From positions 736,001 to 800,000 of the forward strand of contig OZ241877.1 of NCBI GenBank assembly GCA_965203095.1: a DNA stretch of 64,000 nucleotides, written 5' to 3'. Made by a program: the position numbers and the translations under genes. Positions 40,132-50,463 of this stretch are shown in pieces; positions within the stretch are counted from its first letter, which is position 1; every line of letters starts with the position of its first letter. The stretch comes from Bdellovibrionales bacterium (GTDB taxonomy: Bacteria > Bdellovibrionota > Bdellovibrionia > Bdellovibrionales > UBA1609). A model generated the notes under the pieces. That model searched no databases. It had not been told where the DNA came from and saw nothing but the letters and a program-made list of their open reading frames with translations.

Positions 40132-40685
40132 AGCCGGCCCTCCATTTGATTTAAAAATTCTTGAATTTGTTGGGCTTTCAGCTCAGGTGAGAGGGCCTGC
40201 TCTCCTAATTCTTGCCTAACAGATTGAGCCAAGCGGGCTTTCCATTTTTTAAGCAGTTCTTTTTTGGCCTTTTCCCTTTCTCTGTTGAGCAAAAAATCAG
40301 CCTCCCTTGTTAACTGAACTTTTAAGCTTTTAAGCTGTTCTTTTTTTTGAAGATCCAGCCTTTCCCCTTCGGCCTGAGCCTTTTGCTGGATATGGCTCTC
40401 CTGCTTTTCTAATTCAGAGAGTTTTTTGCCCCAAGAGGCTAACTCTGTTTTTCTCTTTTTTTCCACTTCGGCCGTTTGTTTTTCAAAAGAAAAAAACTCT
40501 TCTTGTCTTTTATGGAAAAAAATCTGGACTGGTTTCCGGATTAAAAAAAACAAGGCCAAAGCAAAAAGGGAAAAATTAAAAGCTTGAATCCACACTCCTT
40601 TTGCCAGAGATCCCTCCTCCGTAGCGGATAAGCTTTCCGGACAAAATAAAAACAAAGCACAAATCAAGACAATATGAAAGGGCAT
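40128..40685 (-). CDS. atpF: ATP synthase b subunit
   Basis: ATG at 40685; TM segment WIQAFNF..KPV followed by coiled coil. Confidence 0.8.
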   Translation of the reverse strand: MPFHIVLICALFLFCPESLSATEEGSLAKGVWIQAFNFSLFALALFFLIRKPVQIFFHKRQEEFFSFEKQTAEVEKKRKTELASWGKKLSELEKQESHIQQKAQAEGERLDLQKKEQLKSLKVQLTREADFLLNREREKAKKELLKKWKARLAQSVRQELGEQALSPELKAQQIQEFLNQMEGRL

Positions 40686-40687
40686 GG

Positions 40688-41125
40688 TCAACTCTGTATC
40701 TTTTCCTTTAAAAGCTGAAGAAGAGTGGGAAAATCTTTTTTTAGGTTTTCCTCTTGCTTTTCCATCTCTATTTTGAGATTTTGCCGTTCTTTTTTTATCC
40801 GTTCCTTTTGAGCTGTCTTTATCTTGAGAGTCTCTTTGAGGTAATGCTCCTCCGCCTTTTGTTTGATCCTGCCAAAAAACTGCTGAAAACTCCGGTGAAT
40901 CTGTCGGGCTTTTTGTTCGTAAAGATTCTTTTTCTTTTCGATCTCCTCTTCTAAAGCCTTGTTGCTTTGCAGTCTTCCTTTGGTAAGCTCCTCCCTCCGG
41001 CGAAAAGCCTCCAAATAAGGCTGAAAAAGCCATTTTTTTAAGGCAAAATACAAGCCTATAGCCAATGCTATTTGGTAAAAAAGGCTTTTGTCCAAACCTA
41101 AGGTAATAATAAGATCGTTTAACAT
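40688..41125 (-). CDS. ATP synthase b' subunit
   Basis: N-terminal TM, LFQPY..RR, coiled coil; SD GAGGG. Confidence 0.8.
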   Translation of the reverse strand: MLNDLIITLGLDKSLFYQIALAIGLYFALKKWLFQPYLEAFRRREELTKGRLQSNKALEEEIEKKKNLYEQKARQIHRSFQQFFGRIKQKAEEHYLKETLKIKTAQKERIKKERQNLKIEMEKQEENLKKDFPTLLQLLKEKIQS

Positions 41126-41294
41126 TGTCCCTCATTTAATTTTTTTCAATTTTTCAAAACAAAATACAAAAGTCAAGGAAAAAATTCAAATAAATATATA
41201 TTATTTTACCATAAAGCCATCTCTTGAAATCTCTCAAAAAATGAACTTAGTTTGAACTATAAAAGTTGTATTTTGCTTGTCTTTTCATTCTCTT

Positions 41295-43259
41295 TTAATA
41301 GTTTGTAATCAACACCTCTGTAATTTGTTTTTTTTGGTTGTTATGGTAGTTGATATAATTACTTTCTATTTTATGAACATTATATTTTTTCATCCATTTA
41401 ATCAATAGATTATTTTTATCCCCATTATAATGAGTCACATTTGACAGAGCAAATTTAATATTCTTTTCATTCAAATTATCAACCAAAGATAACAAATCAA
41501 CTTCCAGTTTTTCACTCCAAAGTTTATTGTATTCACTGCTTGTTATTAAATAAGGTGGATCTAAATAGATAAAGTCATCTTTTAAATAGTTTATTTTATT
41601 TAGAAATTGTTTAAAATCTTTTGCTGTGAGATTTATATTTTTATCCTGAACAAAAGAGAAATAAGAATTAAGAGCATTGACAACATTTTTATTAAAATCT
41701 ACATTTCCAACCGGGAGATTGAATTTCCCTCTTCCATTAAATCTAAGCATTCTATTAAAACCATATATTAACAAAACATAGAGAATTAGAGGGTCATTTT
41801 CTTTATTCTTATTAACTTGTTTCCTTAACTTTTCATAACCTGTTTTATTAAATTTTGCATAATATGTTTTTTTAAAAGTTTTTTTTAAAAAATCTGGAAC
41901 AATATCCTTTTTATATGAATGAGACAGCTTATATTTGTATATTATCTTTTCAAGATCTATAAAAAAATCATTTTTTATAGAAGCATTTTTTATTAAAATC
42001 TTGTGTATGTTTATCAAATTTTTATCTATATCGTTTAAAAAATATTTTTTTGCTTGAATGTTTAAAAAAACTGTTCCTCCTCCAACAAATGGTTCATAAA
42101 AATTATTTATTTTTTTTGGAAATAATCTACCTAATTGACTCATCAATTTATATTTATCTCCGACATAAAAAAAGGGAGACCTTTTGATTTTTCTATTACT
42201 GCCAACTTCAGTTATAAACAAATATTCTTTGTGATTATTGAAATCAGTGTTTCCTGTATTAAAATAACGGTAATCTTTTCTAAAAGTTTTCGTCTGGCCT
42301 TTTTTATTTAAAATATTTTTTATTTCCTCAAGTGTAATTTTGTTTTGTGATGAACTGCTTTTTGAATTGTAAGTATTATTATATGATACAACTAAATATT
42401 TTGTGTTTATATCATTGATCAATTCAGCAAATTTAGATTTTGCACTTTCTCTACAATAATCACTCATATTTTCTCGCTCTGGTTTTAATGCGACTCCATA
42501 AAGTTTTGGATTGTCCCATTTTGTAAGTGTTTCTAAAATATGATAAAACCTACTATACTGTCTTGAATTGTAAGGAGGATCAATATAAACAATATCAGCT
42601 TTAATTTTTTTAGCTAATAAATTTGTATCTTCTCTAAAAATTGACAGTTTGTCTATATTTAAAGGGTGTATTGAACGCATATAAAAATTATCTTTAATAG
42701 ATTGTTTTTTAAAATAAGCATCATAGTGCCCCACTGTATTAGCGATTTTATCTGTTGAATAAAGCAATCCTGCTATTAAAATATAATATTCTTTTTTAGT
42801 GAATTTCCTTTTATTATCTTCAATATTTTGTCTAATAAATCCAATAATTTTTGATGAGCTTTTAGAAAAATATCTCTTACCAAAATTTTTAGAAAAATAG
42901 TTTTCATTCAAACTATTTGCATTGATATTATTATAACTATTTATAATAGATTTTATTTTATTTTGATTCCAGGATCCTTTTTCAAAAAAAGCTTTATAAA
43001 TGATATAATTGGAATAAAGAAAATCATTTAAAATAATTTTATTAAAGTATTTACTTGCAATAGCCCCTACTACCCCTGTGCCAGCAAAAATATCAGCGAA
43101 AGAATCGCCTGAACATTCTTTATTTAGGATGGAGAAAATCCAATCTGTTAATTTGTGTTTATTGCCAATATATCTACGATTTTGTAATTGAAAAAAGTCA
43201 TTTTCAATGAAAGAAGATTTATCAAAATTTGTGCTAAAAAAACTTGTTTGAACTTCCAT
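41295..43259 (-). CDS. Fused double N6-adenine DNA methyltransferase (two D12/Dam-class domains, M.FokI/M.AlwI-like architecture)
   Basis: Two MTase modules: RYIGNK..DIFAGTG..IDPPY and FYVGDK..EPFVGGG..LDPPY; visibly more AT-rich than flanks; likely ATG at 43259. Confidence 0.88.
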   Translation of the reverse strand: MEVQTSFFSTNFDKSSFIENDFFQLQNRRYIGNKHKLTDWIFSILNKECSGDSFADIFAGTGVVGAIASKYFNKIILNDFLYSNYIIYKAFFEKGSWNQNKIKSIINSYNNINANSLNENYFSKNFGKRYFSKSSSKIIGFIRQNIEDNKRKFTKKEYYILIAGLLYSTDKIANTVGHYDAYFKKQSIKDNFYMRSIHPLNIDKLSIFREDTNLLAKKIKADIVYIDPPYNSRQYSRFYHILETLTKWDNPKLYGVALKPERENMSDYCRESAKSKFAELINDINTKYLVVSYNNTYNSKSSSSQNKITLEEIKNILNKKGQTKTFRKDYRYFNTGNTDFNNHKEYLFITEVGSNRKIKRSPFFYVGDKYKLMSQLGRLFPKKINNFYEPFVGGGTVFLNIQAKKYFLNDIDKNLINIHKILIKNASIKNDFFIDLEKIIYKYKLSHSYKKDIVPDFLKKTFKKTYYAKFNKTGYEKLRKQVNKNKENDPLILYVLLIYGFNRMLRFNGRGKFNLPVGNVDFNKNVVNALNSYFSFVQDKNINLTAKDFKQFLNKINYLKDDFIYLDPPYLITSSEYNKLWSEKLEVDLLSLVDNLNEKNIKFALSNVTHYNGDKNNLLIKWMKKYNVHKIESNYINYHNNQKKQITEVLITNY

Positions 43260-43519
43260 AGTGTAAGTTGTTAAGCAATACGGCATTGCCAAATATTTTA
43301 AATATATATTATATAAAATATTATATAAAAATTGTTAAGCAGTAGAATGACGCAATCAAGAATAAAGTCTGGTTTTATATTGAATTCTTTGAATGTTTTA
43401 GCTTATACTCGATAAATTATCTTGTGTTTTCCCAGTTAAAGGGTAGGATTTTTTGAAAGATCTTAACGGGAAAGCTTTTTTCGCTTTCCACTAATGGAGA
43501 TTATGCACATGAATACCCG

Positions 43520-43846
43520 TCAAAGTTTTTTTGAAGAGCCTTCAAAAAAGACCCCTTCTTTTATTGTCAAAGAAGGGGTAGCCACTTCCCCCATAAATCG
43601 AGCGGGAGGCTCCATCCGCACACTTTTGCGGGCCAAAATCTTGCCTTTAAACTCCCCTAACAAAATCAGATGATCTACCTCTGCCTTATCTGCTGATACT
43701 TTTGCAGAGGCTGATATAATTAAACTGCCAGCCCCTTTTATAGAGCCTTTGAGTTGGCCTGCCACACGAGCTGTCCCTTTAAACCTAAGCTCCCCCTCAA
43801 AAACAGCTGATTCTGCTAATATGACTTGTAAAGATTCTTTTTCCAT
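43520..43846 (-). CDS. Bactofilin (polymer-forming cytoskeletal protein)
   Basis: FEGELRF.GTARV.G.LKG.I ... GEV.TPSL.IKEG.FFEG; ATG at 43846 with SD GAAGGGG. Confidence 0.85.
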   Translation of the reverse strand: MEKESLQVILAESAVFEGELRFKGTARVAGQLKGSIKGAGSLIISASAKVSADKAEVDHLILLGEFKGKILARKSVRMEPPARFMGEVATPSLTIKEGVFFEGSSKKL

Positions 43847-43984
43847 AAACTGCCCCTTCTTCATTTTGTATATCATTAAATTTTGAGACAGGCCAACTGT
43901 ATATTTAGTTGCCTGTAAAAAAGCTCTCACCGCTGGGCCCTCCTTTACCTATGCGATAAAGGGACAAAGGTTTTTTACGGGGGA

Positions 43985-44740
43985 CTATCTAATGGGAGGG
44001 CTATGATGGCATTGGTTTTCCTCACTATAAGTCCAACCCATTTGGCCAGCTCCCGACTCAGAAGTATAATGTTCTATCAAATAAGATTTGCTGGGTAGCT
44101 CTATCTCTCCATTCCAAGAACTCAAAACAATTTCTTGTTCCCCCTTTAGCCGGACAATGCGAATTTCATGCCCTTCTGGATGATAAGGGAGATAGGCATC
44201 CACATGGCGATAATCTAAAATCCCATCCTCAGGTTTTATTTTCCAAGATTCTGGAGCCCAAGGTTCCTCAGCATCTAAGAGCCATGGTTTTTCAGCATAT
44301 TCCCTCGCTATATAAGCCTCAGAGTATCTTCCCTCCTCATCGTAATTCTCTGGAGAATCCAACCTTAAAAAATCTTCTGCCAACAAATTGCCATTTTTAT
44401 CATAAAGCCTAATCCTTAAATCCTCCCTATAAATAGCTTTCTTATTTTTTTCCTTATTATAACAATAAGATCTGCCGGAAAAATTAAACTTCTCATCTCC
44501 ATAGTCTAAGTAGTGAGGATATTTTTTCTCAAAAATCTCACCTTCCTTGAGGTCTCTACCTTCAATCATTTGTTGTTTTAGCTTCTCTAATCTTCTCGGA
44601 TCTTCAGGCCAATACCAACCATAAGTAATGATCTCCTCTAAGTCCTTCTTAGGAAAATCAGGCAGTTGTTTTTTCCTCAAACAACTGCATGAAAAAAGCA
44701 AAATCGCAAACAAAACACTATAAAGAAAACTTTTTGGCAT
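43985..44740 (-). CDS. Hypothetical lipoprotein
   Basis: Lipobox LFSC, SD AGGAGG, 251 aa. Confidence 0.65.
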   Translation of the reverse strand: MPKSFLYSVLFAILLFSCSCLRKKQLPDFPKKDLEEIITYGWYWPEDPRRLEKLKQQMIEGRDLKEGEIFEKKYPHYLDYGDEKFNFSGRSYCYNKEKNKKAIYREDLRIRLYDKNGNLLAEDFLRLDSPENYDEEGRYSEAYIAREYAEKPWLLDAEEPWAPESWKIKPEDGILDYRHVDAYLPYHPEGHEIRIVRLKGEQEIVLSSWNGEIELPSKSYLIEHYTSESGAGQMGWTYSEENQCHHSPPIR

Positions 44741-44771
44741 TCATCCCTCCTTTTTTATCTTTTCTGCAAAG

Positions 44772-44792
44772 CTCCCGTGAAAACGGGAATCC
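44772..44792 (+). repeat. Intergenic REP/RPE-like element
   Basis: CTCCCGTGAAAACGGGAATCC followed by AGAAAAGCTTG, the same tail as the copy at 14361. Confidence 0.7.
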
Positions 44793-44857
44793 AGAAAAGC
44801 TTGCCTCTACTGAAATACAGAGGACGAAAACAATCATCACAAAAAATTACTATAGCC

Positions 44858-47800
44858 TTATTCTTGGTTTTTGTCCATACTCTTTTGTGTTATTTCCCTT
44901 TTTTGACTTTTTTTCCGCTTTTTCTTTTTCTTCTTAGGGATTGTAGTAGTCAAAATAAGCTTTTTTTGAGGGCTTAAAACCACAAGCCTTAACTTATCTC
45001 TTTCTACTCCCTCCGGTAAATCAAAAACAGCTCTCAAAGGGGAAAAATCAAAAGGTCGCTTTTCTGACCGGCCATTCTCATAAAAAAGCTCCATCTCCAT
45101 TTTTAAAATCGGCCTTTTGATCTCCTTTAAAAGGCTCTGCTCCCTCCATAACTGGAAAAACAATGTGGGAAGTTTAGTGTTTTTGGTCCTGGGGTAAAAA
45201 GAGGGAGTTTTAAGAGCTGTTCTCCTAAGCCTGATTTTAGGCACAACAAAAGCATTTTCATTAGGGTTATAAAAACCAGATATGATAATGGCCTTTCTTT
45301 TCTGATCTTCTCTGTGAAAAGAGTCGGTTTAGCCAAATAAATTTATTCTGGGATCTATCACTGTTCCGTATTTACGCGATGTCCAAAAGATCTTTTGATG
45401 AGTGTCACGGTCTATCCATTGATCTTTAATTGTTTCCCCCTTATTATTCATAATGCTCCAGCGATCTTTGACAAACTCCCAAAGTTGCTTGCCATCCTCC
45501 TGCCAAACCCTTAAACCCTGAGGGATTTTGTATTTAAAACAAGCCTTGACAGACCTCCCCTTAAACTCGCGACAATACTCTACTACCGGCCCTTTTTCTG
45601 GTTTGTAAAATTCTCTTCCTTGGCCTAAGGTATGAGCCAGCTCATGGGCTACTGTTCCCTGATCTACCTGATCTTCCCTCACAAAAGCCACATTCCAACT
45701 CCCACCAAAAAAATCTCTTATCCAGTTGAATGTAAGAATATCCCTCATATTCAAAATCTCCCAAGAAGGGCGAATCACCAGCCCTGCTGAGCCAGGCTTA
45801 TTATTAAAAATAAAAAAATCTTCAGAAACAATGGCAAAAATCTTGTGATAATGAAAACGAGAGCGAATATTCTCCACATTCCCAACAGCCCACAACAAAG
45901 TCTTAGTAATGTCCCCTCTATACTGTGCCGGCTCCGCATTGCAGGAACCTTTAATAAAACTATAACTTTTCTCTCCTGATTTATACCTCAAAATAGAAGA
46001 TTGGATTCCTGAAATGGGAAACATGGAAAGGATATAATCTATCTCATCAGAACGAGCAAAATCCCTTACTCTTTGAAGAGAAACTATGTCATAACCTGTC
46101 TTTTTATCAGGGCTTGCATAGCAGTTTTTTCCACCATATATCCGGGTAAAAGCCAATTTTAAACTATGGGTTTTAATAATTTTTATTTGAAAACTCTGTT
46201 TCCTGTGGCAAAATTCATTATCTGCATGCTCACCCATAGGAAAAAGAGTGAATTGAACATGATGATTGAAATTGGCTCTTTTTAACCAAGCCTCCTGCAT
46301 AGGAAGAGGGAAAAACTTATAAGATCCTTCGGCTTTTAGATCATCTCTTGTAAAAGAGCAAATATCCTCCTCCCCCTCTTTCATTACCCCTTTCTGGGGT
46401 TCATGAAAACATGTTTTGTAATATTCCTTCTTATTGCCAGAAATCAATAAATCAATGGCAAATTCTTTTTGCCTGTTCATCCCACCCCTCCTCAACTTCA
46501 GTAAAACTCCAGCAGGTTTTCCCCTTACCAAATCATAGTTGTTGTAAGGTTTTTTTGCTTGGCTTTTCATAGGCTCTATTTGAGGAGCTTTTACACTTTG
46601 ATAAAGGATAGCCGATCTAATCCTTGGCATAGAGACAGGGCATTTTTTTGAGTTGGTATCCGCTTGAGCCAGCACAATGGGGTTTTCCTCTAACTCACTT
46701 GTGCGACTTCCCTTTAAATTTTCAGAAGAATTAGCCTCAATCTCACCATAGCTTTTATGGGATATTTTAGAAAAGCTGACTTGACCTGCCACCTTCCTAT
46801 TTCTATTCCTTCTCCGGGATGGGAAACTTCGGCGACTTCTTATTCTCATAGAAGATCTATTTTCCTTGTTAGAAACTCTTAACTTTTGAGAAAGCTTTTT
46901 TTTGGAACTCTTTTTTGATTTTAAACTTTGCCTGGTCTTGCTGGTCTTTTTCCCCTTCTTTTTAAACTTATGGGAAACCAAGTCTTTATTTTTTTGAGCT
47001 GGTTTAGAGTTTTTTGACTTAGAGGCAGAATGAGTCTTTGAAGTAGAGGCTTTTTGAGCTGGCTTAGAGTGTTTTACTTGATCTTCTTTTTTTTGCCTTT
47101 CAGCCAGTATTTTCTCTAACCGATCCTGCTCCTCAGCCTCCTTTGCCCTCAAACTCTCCTCTTTTTGCTTCCTCAACCTCTCTTCTTCCTCTTCTTTTGC
47201 TCTCCTCTCCTCATCCATTTTCTGACTTTGAGCCTGACGGCACATACTCAAAGCAAAATTGTTGAGGTAATGAGCTGTCTTTAAACTCCTAATCCCCTCA
47301 CAACGAACAATATCCTTTGCCTTAAGATCTTCTCTCAAAAGGGATTTTTTATCTAAACTCTGTTTTTTGTATTTTTCCGCTAAACGGATCATGGCCTCAT
47401 TACAAAACTTCTGATTAGAATTTTGATTAGGGGCTGGGTTTTTTGCCTTCTCTAAAACTTCATCAATAGAGTATTTATTGGGAATGGAAAAACACATCCT
47501 AAAATAATTTTTAAAAGTCTCTAATCTGTTTTCACAATCCATCTCGCAATTTTCCACCCCAAGATTGCAAACATTAGATTGAATATCGGATAAAGAGCTT
47601 ATAAGGCCAGAAAGCTGGTTTAACTGGCAGGAGAGAACATCCCCGCCCGATTCCTCCACACGGCTTAAGCTTTCAGTTTTTAACTGTTGGGCTAAATCCG
47701 AACCATAAGGTTCCTCACAATCAGAAGGATCCCTGCAACAAAATTTAATGTTCTCATAAGTGTTCTCACAGTATTGATAAATCCCCTTACTCTCTTTTTT

Positions 47801-47983
47801 GCAAAGCTTTGCAGACAGAACAAAAAATCCTGGATCCTCACTTTCGCAGGAGACAAAAAGTCAGGGGGATTATTTAAAATGGGTGGCTACCTCTCCGGAT
47901 GGGTAGATGAGCAAAAAACTGCCGGATACCGGCACTTTTCATAAAAAAAAGGCAAAACTCATAAAAAAAAGTAGTTTTTTCAA
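44858..47983 (-). pseudogene. Large secreted zinc-metalloprotease-like gene (about 1040 codons) interrupted by four in-frame stops
   Basis: TTG 47983 MKKLLFFMSFAFFL, ORF 45329-47659 (TVAHELAHTLG) and ORF 44858-45244 are all in one frame; stops at 47939, 47870, 47861, 45329. Confidence 0.6.
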
Positions 47984-48082
47984 GAATATTTTTTGCAAGT
48001 TTTAAAGATAAATAAGGAGGCTTTTAGCCAGAACATGGCAGGAAAATAAAGCCATTCAAAAATCAATAAGAAGGAGGAAAAC

Positions 48083-48511
48083 ATGAAACAAGATAATAAA
48101 CAGAGGGGGCTTAACGGCCACTCACAAACAAAGCCCTTCCGGCCTTTCACTTTTAAAAGGGAAACAACAGTGCCGGGAAAAGTTTGGGCCCAAAATTCAT
48201 CAGGCAAAAAAAACTCTAAATGGTTTTTTTGGCCTAACAAAAAGGGGCAAGGCTTGGTGGAGTATTTAATTCTCATTGCCTTGATGGGAGTGGCAACTAT
48301 TGGCATTGTCCGAACTCTCAATCAGACAGTGAAATCTCGTTTCGCCAATGCCATCTATGCCCTTCAAGGCCGAAACCAAAAAGCCACAACCCATACTCTT
48401 AAAAAAGAGGAATACCAAAGAAGTGACCTTAGCAACTTTATGGCAGGTTCTGCCAGTTCTGACAAAAAAAAGGGAAAAGGCAGTAAGAAACAAACAGACA
48501 AAAGGAGATAA
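48083..48511 (+). CDS. Flp-type (type IVc/Tad) pilin-like protein
   Basis: NKKG|QGLVEYLILIALMGV prepilin motif; SD AGGAGG. Confidence 0.8.
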   Translation: MKQDNKQRGLNGHSQTKPFRPFTFKRETTVPGKVWAQNSSGKKNSKWFFWPNKKGQGLVEYLILIALMGVATIGIVRTLNQTVKSRFANAIYALQGRNQKATTHTLKKEEYQRSDLSNFMAGSASSDKKKGKGSKKQTDKRR

Positions 48512-48560
48512 GCCCACTGAAAAACCTTTAGCTCTCGTAAAATTAAGGAGTGTCTCATAA

Positions 48561-48917
48561 ATGAGTTTTTTAAAAAAGAAAATTCGATCATCAAAAGGGC
48601 AAAGCCTTGTAGAGGTTTTAGTGCTTTCTCTTATTTTAACAACTCTTATTCCAATGCTAATGGCGTTTTTTTGGATAGGGACAAATATTTTGTGGATAGA
48701 GCATCAGCTTTATCAAGGGCTTTTTTGCACAGCTCAACAAAAACCCATAGAGTTTTGTCGCTCAGTTGTTTTAAAGCAAATTAAAAAGCTGAGCCTTTTA
48801 GGGTCTTTAGGGGACTTAAAAATAAGCCAGTTTCAAAACGAATGGAAAGGAGAAATACGATGGCATTTTTACAAAAAAGATTTTGTAATAAGGCAGAAGT
48901 TAAGCCTCCCAAAGTGA
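48561..48917 (+). CDS. TadE-like minor pilin
   Basis: KG|QSLVEVLV followed by a hydrophobic helix. Confidence 0.65.
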   Translation: MSFLKKKIRSSKGQSLVEVLVLSLILTTLIPMLMAFFWIGTNILWIEHQLYQGLFCTAQQKPIEFCRSVVLKQIKKLSLLGSLGDLKISQFQNEWKGEIRWHFYKKDFVIRQKLSLPK

Positions 48918-49642
48918 GCTGTTCAGTTCAAGAACCAGATGGAGGGATAATTTTTAAAAACTCTGGTTTTGTGAGCCTTTTATTTTTGCCTCTTACAGCC
49001 CTAATGATGACAGGCTTTTTAGGCATAGCCAGTTTAAGCTTAGGAATAAAAAATATCACAAGGGCACAATCGGAATGTGCCCGAGTCAACCTTAAGGGGC
49101 AAAAAGAGTTAGGGCTTATGTTGGCAAAAATTTTAAAGCTCAATAGCCGTTCTAAAACCTTGCAAAAATCTCGACAAGTGGTGGAAACAGCTTTACTAAG
49201 TGCTTTGCTTGTTGGCCAAATCTCTTTAGCTAACAATTTAAGAAAAAAGCGAGAGTTTATCAAAAAAGCACAAAAGCTTTTAATAATCCAACAAAAACAA
49301 GTTGTGATTCAGAGTGAAATGCTTAAAAGGAAAACTTTAGCCTATCTTAAAAACCGTTTAAAGAAACTTAAAATTAGCAATGTTCAAGAAAAAACTTTTT
49401 ATAAAAAAGCTTTGGCGATTCAAAGGCAAAAAATAGGGGATCAAGCTTATATTTATAAGCCAGTTCCAGATTTTGTAAATAATCAAAAAACAAGATTTGA
49501 TTGGGAAATGCGACCTTTCGCCTCTTTAGAAAAAGCTCTTTTGTGGTTTTTGCCTACCTCAGCCAAGCTCTCTTCAAACTACACTTGTTCAGCCTCACTT
49601 CAAAAAAAAGGAAAAAAATGGAGCAGTATTCTCTATCATTAA
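48842..49642 (+). CDS. Tad pseudopilin-like membrane protein (start uncertain)
   Basis: NSG|FVSLLFL hydrophobic segment; located in the Flp cluster. Confidence 0.5.
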   Translation: MERRNTMAFLQKRFCNKAEVKPPKVSCSVQEPDGGIIFKNSGFVSLLFLPLTALMMTGFLGIASLSLGIKNITRAQSECARVNLKGQKELGLMLAKILKLNSRSKTLQKSRQVVETALLSALLVGQISLANNLRKKREFIKKAQKLLIIQQKQVVIQSEMLKRKTLAYLKNRLKKLKISNVQEKTFYKKALAIQRQKIGDQAYIYKPVPDFVNNQKTRFDWEMRPFASLEKALLWFLPTSAKLSSNYTCSASLQKKGKKWSSILYH

Positions 49643-49851
49643 AGTTTTTAGAAAAAAGACGGAAAGTGAGAGGGCAAATTTTAATGGAGGCTTTGATTTT
49701 TATTATCTGCACTTTGTCTTTTTTGGTTTTAATCCAGCTCTTCCATTCCCTGGCTCGCCATGAGATACAAAAAGAGAGGCTCTCTCAACAAAAAGCCCAT
49801 AAAGTCAAAAAGGCTCGATGGCTTAGGATAAAAAAAGAGGAAAGGCTGTGA
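49618..49851 (+). CDS. TadE-like minor pilin
   Basis: RG|QILMEALIF motif; ATG at 49618. Confidence 0.55.
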   Translation: MEQYSLSLKFLEKRRKVRGQILMEALIFIICTLSFLVLIQLFHSLARHEIQKERLSQQKAHKVKKARWLRIKKEERL

Positions 49852-50411
49852 GGAAGGGGTTTAAAAAAATGGCAGGATATTTTTTTCACTATCAAAAAAA
49901 ACTTAAGCAAAGTTTTTTTAAAAAAGTCCCTTTTGTCCAAGGGAGTGCTTTAGAGTTTATTTTTAAAAAATATACTGGGCATTTTTTTATCATTTTAACT
50001 TTGATTTTTTTATCTTTTATAGCTCAATTTTTGCCACTCATGTTTACGGAAAAGCCTCAGCCCCTGTCCATAGATAAGCTCATTCCAAAAGGATTTGTTT
50101 TGCTTCCTATAGAAATTAGCAATGGACAAGACATTATCTCCCTCATAAGTTCTTACGGAGTAGTGGATCTTTATGTCTATTCAGCAAACTCAGGTTTGCC
50201 AGAACAACAGGCCGCAGGATCTGTTAAAATCTTGCCTCCGGATAGGGAAGAAGGTTATTTTTCTGCTTTGATTCCAGAAAAAGAGGCGATTCGTTTATTT
50301 TCGTATTCTGAGCCTTTTTATGCAGTGGTGCAAAATCCAGACAAAAAAGGAGCTAAAGTATATAAAAAAAAGAAAACAAAATCTCTTATTATTGTTGAAG
50401 AGGATTTTTAA
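49848..50411 (+). CDS. CpaB/RcpC-like pilus assembly protein
   Basis: TM segment then LIPKGFVLLPIEI...VVDLY; located in the Flp cluster. Confidence 0.5.
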   Translation: MRKGFKKMAGYFFHYQKKLKQSFFKKVPFVQGSALEFIFKKYTGHFFIILTLIFLSFIAQFLPLMFTEKPQPLSIDKLIPKGFVLLPIEISNGQDIISLISSYGVVDLYVYSANSGLPEQQAAGSVKILPPDREEGYFSALIPEKEAIRLFSYSEPFYAVVQNPDKKGAKVYKKKKTKSLIIVEEDF

Positions 50412-50463
50412 AATGACTAAAATAGTCGCCTGTAAAAAAGTCTACTTTTAAAGGGAGTAGTGG

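Noticed and set aside
40686..41135. 335-aa long form of atpF
   Set aside because: The extension overlaps the b' gene in another frame; ATG 40685 gives a normal b subunit.
44858..47983. Alternative genetic code explaining the in-frame stops
   Set aside because: Both TAA and TGA are involved, and both terminate well-conserved genes elsewhere in the window.
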